Shown here: one piece after another, positions 10,481 through 18,113 of the stretch
Layout: each line of letters opens with the position of its first letter
Numbering within the stretch: position 1 is the first letter of the stretch
NCBI GenBank assembly: GCA_965216875.1
Contig: OZ244207.1
Span: 6,976,001 to 7,040,000 of the forward strand
From: Rubripirellula sp.
GTDB taxonomy: Bacteria > Planctomycetota > Planctomycetia > Pirellulales > Pirellulaceae
Direction: 5' to 3'
Length of the DNA stretch: 64,000 nucleotides
Notes under the pieces: model-generated
The model's input: only the letters and a program-made list of their open reading frames with translations
Told to the model about the DNA's origin: nothing
Database searches by the model: none
Translations under genes and position numbers: made by a program

Positions 10481-11740
10481 ATGAGAAATCCGACCCGACG
10501 GAGCGGTTTCACGCTCGTTGAATTGCTGGTGGTGATCGCCATCATCGGCGTCCTTGTTGGCCTGCTATTGCCGGCCGTCCAAGCAGCTCGAGAAGCTGCT
10601 CGTCGCATGAGTTGTAGTAACAACTTCAAGCAAATCGGTTTGGCTCTGCACAACTATCATTCGGCGCACAAGAATTTGCCGATGAATGATGGCGGAACAC
10701 ACCAGTTGCGCATCCAGGGTGTGAACCAAGCCATGGGTCTACACAATCGTCACGACTTGAGCTGGATGGTTCCAATCCTCCCGTACATCGAGCAACAAGC
10801 TCTTTGGGAGAAGATTGCCAATCCCTATGGGTTCAACAACGAAAACCAGCCCATCGCCAATCCCTTCCCACCAATGGGGCCTCAACCATGGCGTCGGGAC
10901 TATCGTCCTTGGTTGACTCAGGTTCCTACCTATCGCTGTCCTAGCGACCCAGCGGTACCTGGTTTGAATCGACCCGCTTACACCAACTACTCGTGCTGCA
11001 CCGGCGACGCGTTGTTCGAGCAGCAGCACTCGGGTGTTCAAGACAATGGCGTTGGCCACCCAGACGGAACATGGGGGCAAGATGGTGCACGACGTTGGGC
11101 GCGCGGTGTCTTCCACAACCGCCACTTCACCAAGTTCCGCGACATCACCGATGGTCTCGCCAACACGATCATGTGTGCCGAGAGCATGTGCTGGAATCGT
11201 GATCGCGACATCCGAACCACTTGCTTGAACCTTCAGGATGGTAGCCCTGGCGGGGCGGGCAACCAGGTTGCCGACCTTGCTCCAGCCGAGTGGCAAAAGT
11301 TCCAAGATCCGGAACGCCCCATTCAGTGGTTGCCCAATGGCAGTGCTCCTCACGAAATGGGTGGTGGCAACGGTGGTCAGACCGATTCGCGCCACCGCGG
11401 TCAACGTTGGGCTGACGGGCGTCCCCAATACGCTCACATGCAAACGATTCGACCACCGAACAGCTACTGCTGTGTCACCCGCTGGGAAGGCAACTTCGGA
11501 ATCTTCGGTGCCTCGAGTCGTCACCAAGGTGGTGCTCATGTCTTGATGGCTGACGGTGCCGTGATCTTCATCACTGACTCGATCGATGCCGGCGACCAAC
11601 AGCACGTGCCTTATGGACGTGACAACGGCGATGGTCTCGGTCCCAACGGTGGCGCTGGTAAGAAGAGCCCCTATGGTCTTTGGGGTGCACTGGGCACCAA
11701 GGCTGGCGGCGAAGTGGTTGAAGAAGAGCTCAACCAATAG
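10481..11740 (+). CDS. DUF1559 prepilin-type protein, copy 2 (close paralog of copy 1)
   Basis: Same motifs as copy 1, with near-identical N- and C-termini (..EVVEEELNQ). Confidence 0.95.
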   Translation: MRNPTRRSGFTLVELLVVIAIIGVLVGLLLPAVQAAREAARRMSCSNNFKQIGLALHNYHSAHKNLPMNDGGTHQLRIQGVNQAMGLHNRHDLSWMVPILPYIEQQALWEKIANPYGFNNENQPIANPFPPMGPQPWRRDYRPWLTQVPTYRCPSDPAVPGLNRPAYTNYSCCTGDALFEQQHSGVQDNGVGHPDGTWGQDGARRWARGVFHNRHFTKFRDITDGLANTIMCAESMCWNRDRDIRTTCLNLQDGSPGGAGNQVADLAPAEWQKFQDPERPIQWLPNGSAPHEMGGGNGGQTDSRHRGQRWADGRPQYAHMQTIRPPNSYCCVTRWEGNFGIFGASSRHQGGAHVLMADGAVIFITDSIDAGDQQHVPYGRDNGDGLGPNGGAGKKSPYGLWGALGTKAGGEVVEEELNQ

Positions 11741-11769
11741 CCTCGTTCTGACAACCTGAATCTGCTTCG

Positions 11770-11806
11770 AAGCGGGTGTGGCAACCAGCCACGCCCGCTT
11801 TTTTTT
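11770..11806 (+). terminator. Rho-independent terminator, paralog of the 10226 terminator
   Basis: AAGCGGGTGTGGC-aacca-GCCACGCCCGCTT followed by a T run. Confidence 0.9.
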
Positions 11807-11902
11807 CGACGAGTGACCGCCGATCTGTCGAACCCAAAATCGGTCAACGCGATAGAATGGTTCGGTACAACCTTCTTCCAAGAACCCGAATGATCGGTCA
11901 GC

Positions 11903-14900
11903 ATGCCCCGATTGATTCTCGCCCATCCCATCCCCAGAGCCACGATCATGCCAAGCTGGGTTTGGGTGTCTTTGCGGCGGTGCGCGGGGGCCGTCTTTTG
12001 CGGGTGCCTCCTGTTATCGTTTGGATGCGATAAGTCGTCTGAGGCGACCGTCGACGTGGGTACGAGCGGAGCCGCTGCTGCCCCTAAAACGCTTCCTGAT
12101 GAGGCGTTGCCCGAGAAGGGTTTGCCGGACGAGCCGTTGCCCAAGCAGCCAGCGTACGACCGCGATCAGTTGCTCGGTGACGCTGACGCGTTTGCTAGTG
12201 ACGGTGATTTCGATAAGGCCGCGGCCGCAATACAACGCGTGCTTGTCGTGAACCCTGATGATGTCGAGGCGCTGTTTCAATTTGCCAACGTCCAGGCTGC
12301 TGCCGGAAAGCTTGATGAAGCGGTGCAGTTGCTTGATTCGATCCCTAGCGACCATCCCGAGGCCGGCTTGCCCGCGCTTGGTCAATCGGCGGATTGGTGC
12401 ATGGTGCTCGAGCGGTTTGAGGAGGCGGAACGACGGTACACCGAAGTGCTAAAACGCGTCCCACGCGCTGCCGTTGCGCATCGCCAGCTCGCGTTTCTGC
12501 TTAATCGCCAAGGCCGCCGGCACGAGGCGGCTGAGCATATTCGCCAGCTCTGCCTGCTGGGTGACGTTCGGCAGGATGAGTTGCACGCGTTGATGACGGT
12601 TAGCCACGCGATGTACAACGCGCCGGATGAACCTCGACCGACCGATGGCAGTCGACTCTACACGCCGATCGGTCCGTCGGCGATCGCTCGCAAGCTTTAT
12701 TCGGACTACAAGTACGCCGAGGCGGCTGAGGTCTTGCGAGAGTCGATTGTTGCTGGCGACCAGTCTCCTGCGATCGTCGCTTTCTACGGGCGCATTTTAG
12801 TTGAAGCCCAAGAGGAGGCTCAGTTTCTGGCGTGGCTTGCCGCGGTCGATGATTCGATCAAAGAGTATTCGGAGTACTGGTCCGCGCTGGGCGCCTACTT
12901 GCTTGGCAAGCGTCGTCACGAAGAAGCCGTTCGCGCGCTCGCCGAAGCGTTGCGACGAGATCCAACCGATCCAATGAACGTCCGTCGTATGAATCAGACG
13001 CTTCTTGCGCTTGGGAAAGAAGACGAAGCCGACAAATGGCAAGACCATTACGTCGCACTCAGTAAGATCGCGCGCGCAAGCAACCGAATCGGTGAAACGA
13101 CTCAACCCAATCCTAACGACTTCACGACGATCATCGAGGGACTCGGCGATTTGAATCGCCCTCTTGAAGCCTTGACCTGGGAACTGTTCGAGGCGCTCAG
13201 CAAAAAGTCTCCTCAAGAAACGTTGCAGGCGATCGCAGGTCGAAGGAAACCGCTGGTCGCATCCGGAGCGGCGTTCCCCGGTGACAACGAGAACTTGTAC
13301 GGGCTCAATTTGGAGGCGTTTCCAGCTCCGGTTTTTGATTTACCCAAGGACGCAACCTTGGCTTCGATCCCCAAGCCCGAACCGGTCAGCACGATCAAGA
13401 CGGTGCCTCGGATGAGAAATGTCGCTGGCGATCGAGGCCTTGCGCACACCTACTACGTAGCGACGAAGCCACAGTCGCATGCGTTTGCGATCTATCAATC
13501 CCTTGGCGGCGGCGTTGCCGTGATCGATTATGACCTTGATGGTCGGCCGGACTTGTACCTTGCTCAAGGAGCTGCCGATCCGCCAAGAATGGTTGGTGTG
13601 GCGAGCAATCTGCTATACCGAACGGTCGGCGAACAATTGAAAGATGTCACGACGCAATCGAGCGCGACTGAAACACGGTACAGCGTGGGCGTGACTGCTG
13701 GCGATTGGAACCAGGATGGGTTTCCCGATCTGGTCGTCGCCAACATTGGTGGGAAAACACTGTTGATCAACAACGGGGATGGGACCTTTCGTCGAACCGA
13801 ATTTGATGAGGATGATCAAAACAAGACGTTGCCAAGTTCGATTGCCTTGGCCGACGTCACCGGGGACGCGCTTCCCGACATCATTGCCATCCATGACGTC
13901 GACGATCCGACCATGATCCGTCGTCCACAGGTTCACGCTGACGGAAGTATTGATACCGTTTCTCCGCTGGCCTTCACCGCGGGCGTCGACCGGATCATGG
14001 TCAATGACGGCGCCGGGGGAATGGCGATGCGAAACATCAATGATTCGCCCCGAGCGGCGAGCACGGGCCTTGGCGTGGTGGTTGCCGATTTCGATGGAAA
14101 ACCGGGCAATGAGATCTTCGTTGGAAACGATGTTCGTCCCAATCACCTTTGGGTGCGCGGAAGCGATGGCGAATCGTTCACCGACATTGCGGCGCTGGTG
14201 GGTTGTGGACACGGCAACGGGGGAATGCCAACCGCGTCGATGGGAATCGCGGCTGGCGACTTTGATGGATCGGGAACACTCGACCTGCATATCACCAACT
14301 TCTACAACGAGCCCGCCAGTCTGTTTATCAATCGCGGTGGTACGTTTGAAGACCGGTGCGTTCAGTACAAGCTTTATGCTGACAGTGCATCGGTGCTTGG
14401 GTTTGGCTCGCAAGCGATTGACTATGACAACGATACTCGACCCGATTTGGCCGTGACCAATGGCAATGTGGAAAAGGCGCCAGGCGAACCACTCGAACAA
14501 CCGCCGCAATTGTTCGTCAACTTAGGCACGGAGTTTCGTCTCACCCCAGTCAAAGACCCATCAGAATATTGGTCTGGAGTCTATCTGGGGCGTGGGATGG
14601 CGCGGTTGGACCATAATCGTGACGGTCGGCCAGACCTCGTTGTCACCCATATTGGATCTCCAACGGCACTCTTGATTAACGAAACCGAAACGGACCATCA
14701 CTGGCTGCGCGTGAAGTTGGTAGGGTCCGCGAGTGAACGGGATGCGATTGGAAGTCGTGTCGACGTGCAATCGGGCGACACCGCTGTCAGTCATTGGGTC
14801 AACGGCGGTGATGGCTACCTTTGCAAGAACGAGTCGACACTCTCGATTGGTTTGGGCGAGATCGATTCGATCGATACGTTGACGGTGACATGGCCCGACG

Positions 14901-14998
14901 GACAACAGCAAACGATCAAGAATGTCCCGGTCGACTCGCACTTGCTCGTCGTCGAAGGCCAAAAGGACGTGTTCGAGTTCGCTGTCGGAGAAGACTGA
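11903..14998 (+). CDS. TPR + FG-GAP + ASPIC/UnbV lipoprotein, subtype A
   Basis: Lipobox SFGC, TPRs, DYDLDGRPD, DWNQDGFPD, ERDAIGS...GGDGYLCKNE...WPDG. Start uncertain (may be 11948). Confidence 0.85.
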   Translation: MPRLILAHPIPRATIMPSWVWVSLRRCAGAVFCGCLLLSFGCDKSSEATVDVGTSGAAAAPKTLPDEALPEKGLPDEPLPKQPAYDRDQLLGDADAFASDGDFDKAAAAIQRVLVVNPDDVEALFQFANVQAAAGKLDEAVQLLDSIPSDHPEAGLPALGQSADWCMVLERFEEAERRYTEVLKRVPRAAVAHRQLAFLLNRQGRRHEAAEHIRQLCLLGDVRQDELHALMTVSHAMYNAPDEPRPTDGSRLYTPIGPSAIARKLYSDYKYAEAAEVLRESIVAGDQSPAIVAFYGRILVEAQEEAQFLAWLAAVDDSIKEYSEYWSALGAYLLGKRRHEEAVRALAEALRRDPTDPMNVRRMNQTLLALGKEDEADKWQDHYVALSKIARASNRIGETTQPNPNDFTTIIEGLGDLNRPLEALTWELFEALSKKSPQETLQAIAGRRKPLVASGAAFPGDNENLYGLNLEAFPAPVFDLPKDATLASIPKPEPVSTIKTVPRMRNVAGDRGLAHTYYVATKPQSHAFAIYQSLGGGVAVIDYDLDGRPDLYLAQGAADPPRMVGVASNLLYRTVGEQLKDVTTQSSATETRYSVGVTAGDWNQDGFPDLVVANIGGKTLLINNGDGTFRRTEFDEDDQNKTLPSSIALADVTGDALPDIIAIHDVDDPTMIRRPQVHADGSIDTVSPLAFTAGVDRIMVNDGAGGMAMRNINDSPRAASTGLGVVVADFDGKPGNEIFVGNDVRPNHLWVRGSDGESFTDIAALVGCGHGNGGMPTASMGIAAGDFDGSGTLDLHITNFYNEPASLFINRGGTFEDRCVQYKLYADSASVLGFGSQAIDYDNDTRPDLAVTNGNVEKAPGEPLEQPPQLFVNLGTEFRLTPVKDPSEYWSGVYLGRGMARLDHNRDGRPDLVVTHIGSPTALLINETETDHHWLRVKLVGSASERDAIGSRVDVQSGDTAVSHWVNGGDGYLCKNESTLSIGLGEIDSIDTLTVTWPDGQQQTIKNVPVDSHLLVVEGQKDVFEFAVGED

Positions 14999-17976
14999 TG
15001 GCAGTTTGTCACCGGCGCTTCTCGTTATTGGTCCTCGGTGTCTTCTCGCTGCTTTGCCTAGTGGGATGTGGCGGAGAATCCGAGTCGATCGAAAGTGGTT
15101 CGTCGATCGTTCCAGCGAACGCCGCCGATCCCAAGACGCCGCAGCGGGCTACCGTTTCGGATGTGGTGATAACCGTGAAGCAAGCGGTTCGAGGCAATCA
15201 ACTCGAGCAGGCATCGAAGGGGGTGCAGGATGGCTTGGTGGTGCATCCCGATTCGCCAGAGCTGCTGGAACTCGCTGGCGACATTGCCGGTCTGCGTGGG
15301 GAACCTGCGAATGCGGCTCAGTTCTATCAATCTGCTATCGATGCTCAAACGAGCCCATCGGCAGAATTGTTGGACAAGCCAGGGCGTCAATGGATGAACG
15401 CGGGACGGCCGTTTGATGCGGTCGACGCGCTTTCCCAAGCGATCAAGCACCATCCCGAGTCGGCAGACTTTCGTCAGAAAGCGGTTGGGCTGATGGCGTC
15501 ATTGGGACTGCAGTGGGAAGCGAAGGAGCACATCCAGTGGTTGGTCCAGCGCGGTCACGGCAGCGTGCCGATGCTGACGATCATTTCTGATCTGACTCGA
15601 CCACAAACCGATGCTGCAACGTGTGACTATGCGCTCAAACACTACCCTGCGGATCAGCGGCCACAGTATTCGCTTGCGAGACTTGAAGCCCAAGATGGCC
15701 GTTGGCAGCAAGTTGCAAAACGCCTCAAGTCCGTCGTCGCGAAGCACCCTGAGTTTGTTCCGGCGCAAATCTTCTACGGTCGCGCGCTGGTTGAAAGTGG
15801 AGATTCGCAAGCGGTGATTGACTGGGCGAGTGACGTGCCGGGCGAAGTCGCGGATCATCCGGAATACTGGCTGGCGGCGGGGATCTGGGCTTCACGCAAC
15901 GATCGACCTGACCAAGCGGCCCGCGCGTTTTGGAAAGCCGTCACGCTTGATGCGAATCATCCGGAAGCGCTCTCGCGGCTTGCTCAATCACTTTCGGATG
16001 CCGAAATCCCGGAAGGCAAACAGCCCATCTCAACGCGTGCTGCCAAGCTGGCTCGGCTGCGCGGCGACATTGATGCATTTCATACCCGCGGAGGTCAGTC
16101 GCAAAAAGATGCGATGAACGTTGCGGCGACGCTGAATGACCTCGGCCGCACCTGGGAATCGGTCGCGTGGCTCATCCAAGCCTTTGCGATGCGTGGGGAG
16201 ATTGCCCCCACACTGCAAGATCAATTCAAACACCAACGCGATGCATTGACCGGCACAACGCCTTGGGAAGCAACCGGAGCCATTGCCGGTTTGGACTTGT
16301 CACAGCTACCCGCGTTTCGATGGGAATCTGGGATGCAGGACTCACCCAATCATGGCTCGACAGTTGCGGATGCGTCAGTGATTCGCTTCGAGGAAGAGGC
16401 AAAAACGCGTGGTCTCAACCATACCTGTAGGGTGACGACGGCGACTAAGAAAGAGGCCGGGCTTTTTGTCTATCAGTCGGGCTCAAGTGGCGGTGCAGTG
16501 ATCGACTACGACTTGGATGGTTGGCCCGATCTCTATTTGACGAACATGGACGGGGCGCCGTTGGAACAAACGTCGACCACCAATCATCTCTATCGGAATG
16601 TTGCAGGGCGTTTTGTCAAAACAACCACGCCCGCCAATGCGATCGACAAAGGATTTGCACAAGGGGTTTCGGTTGGCGACTACGATAGCGACGGTTTCGA
16701 TGATTTACTCGTGATGAACATTGGCCGCGCGTCGCTGCTGCGAAACAACGGAGACGGCACATTTTCCGACGCGACCCATTCCGTCGGCCTGTCAGCCAAC
16801 GGATGGTTCACCTCGGGTGTCATTGCCGACATCAACGGCGATGGTTTCGCGGACCTGTATTTGACGGCCTACGTAGATGACCAACGTGCTTTCAAGCAAC
16901 CTTGCATTGACGAAGAACTTGGCGAACCCCGGTCGTGCATGCCGACACTTTTCAACGCGATGCGCGATCAGGTTTGGCAAGGCGATGCCGAGGGGAACTT
17001 CGAGAACGTTTCTAATCAGTGGCTCAAAACGCACCAGCCTGGGCGAGGTTTCGGCGTCATTGCCGGGCAAATGAACGACCAACCGGGGCTGGAGCTTTTT
17101 GTTGCCAACGACATGACGGCGAATCATTTTTGGGCTCGCGACGATGATAGTCCTACGTTCCGCCTCGTCGAGCAAGGGACAGTTCGCGGGATCGCTTACA
17201 ACGAACGATCGATCGCCCAGGCGTCGATGGGAATCGCAGCGGGCGATGCCGATGGCGACAATGCGATCGATTTCTACGTGACCCACTTTGCGGATGATCA
17301 CAACACGTTCTATCGCAACTCGGGCCGAAACACTTGGGTCGACAAAACGGCAAGTGTTGGCTTGCGAGACATCTCGATTCCGCTGCTCGGTTGGGGATGT
17401 CAATGGATCGATGCGGACAACGACGGCCAGTTGGAACTGATGGTTTCCAATGGGGATGTCGATGACTTCCAACACCAAGGACGAGAATTTCGTCAGCCAG
17501 CACAGCTCTTTTCTCGATCGGGGAATCGTTGGTCGGTGATCGATGACGAGCAACTTGGAGGCTACTTTCAGCAATCACACGTGGGCCGCGCCGTGATGAG
17601 GTTGGATGTAAACTGCGATGGTCTTACGGACATGCTTGTGACTCGTCTTTTCGATCCCGTTGCCCTGTTGGTGAATCAAACGCAGACGCAAGACCGGTCG
17701 GTGCGACTCTTCCTTCGTTCGACCACTGGCCATCGCAGTGCCGTCGGCGCTACCGTTCGAGTTCATGCGAAAGGACGCCAACACACTGCGCAGTTATTCG
17801 GCGGTGATGGATTCCACTGCAGCAACGAAAAGTGCGTGACGATTGGCTGTGCGTCAGATGACGAAGTCGAGGTCGAGGTCGTTTGGCCAGATGGAACCGG
17901 CGAGCGGTTCGGCATCGTCGAGCCCGGGAATGATTACCTCGCCATCGAAGGCGAGTCGGCCGCATTTCGTCTCTAG
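14998..17976 (+). CDS. TPR + FG-GAP + ASPIC/UnbV lipoprotein, subtype B
   Basis: ATG overlaps the upstream stop (TGATG). Lipobox LVGC, DYDLDGWPD, DINGDGFAD, GGDGFHCSNE...WPDG. Confidence 0.85.
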   Translation: MAVCHRRFSLLVLGVFSLLCLVGCGGESESIESGSSIVPANAADPKTPQRATVSDVVITVKQAVRGNQLEQASKGVQDGLVVHPDSPELLELAGDIAGLRGEPANAAQFYQSAIDAQTSPSAELLDKPGRQWMNAGRPFDAVDALSQAIKHHPESADFRQKAVGLMASLGLQWEAKEHIQWLVQRGHGSVPMLTIISDLTRPQTDAATCDYALKHYPADQRPQYSLARLEAQDGRWQQVAKRLKSVVAKHPEFVPAQIFYGRALVESGDSQAVIDWASDVPGEVADHPEYWLAAGIWASRNDRPDQAARAFWKAVTLDANHPEALSRLAQSLSDAEIPEGKQPISTRAAKLARLRGDIDAFHTRGGQSQKDAMNVAATLNDLGRTWESVAWLIQAFAMRGEIAPTLQDQFKHQRDALTGTTPWEATGAIAGLDLSQLPAFRWESGMQDSPNHGSTVADASVIRFEEEAKTRGLNHTCRVTTATKKEAGLFVYQSGSSGGAVIDYDLDGWPDLYLTNMDGAPLEQTSTTNHLYRNVAGRFVKTTTPANAIDKGFAQGVSVGDYDSDGFDDLLVMNIGRASLLRNNGDGTFSDATHSVGLSANGWFTSGVIADINGDGFADLYLTAYVDDQRAFKQPCIDEELGEPRSCMPTLFNAMRDQVWQGDAEGNFENVSNQWLKTHQPGRGFGVIAGQMNDQPGLELFVANDMTANHFWARDDDSPTFRLVEQGTVRGIAYNERSIAQASMGIAAGDADGDNAIDFYVTHFADDHNTFYRNSGRNTWVDKTASVGLRDISIPLLGWGCQWIDADNDGQLELMVSNGDVDDFQHQGREFRQPAQLFSRSGNRWSVIDDEQLGGYFQQSHVGRAVMRLDVNCDGLTDMLVTRLFDPVALLVNQTQTQDRSVRLFLRSTTGHRSAVGATVRVHAKGRQHTAQLFGGDGFHCSNEKCVTIGCASDDEVEVEVVWPDGTGERFGIVEPGNDYLAIEGESAAFRL

Positions 17977-18113
17977 GACACTCAACTGGCCGCATCGGCT
18001 GGGGGTGAATAAGTCACTGCCCGTATTCCTGCTAACTCATGGGCGTGTTTCAGTCGTGGCGAACTATAATCGACGGTCTTCTCACACGCTCATCCATTCC
18101 GGGGGGAACATCG

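Noticed and set aside
8932..11740. Diversity-generating retroelement TR/VR pair or invertible pilin switch
   Set aside because: Differences are not adenine-specific, both copies are full genes, and no reverse transcriptase or recombinase is present.
9016..11926. Long antisense ORFs (421 aa and 395 aa) over the DUF1559 genes
   Set aside because: Codon-register shadows caused by avoidance of TTA/CTA/TCA in the sense genes; translations are not protein-like.
14821..14997. N-terminal extension of the fourth ASPIC ORF or a frameshift fusion with the third
   Set aside because: ATG at 14998 gives a clean lipoprotein signal and a TGATG coupling; both proteins are complete.
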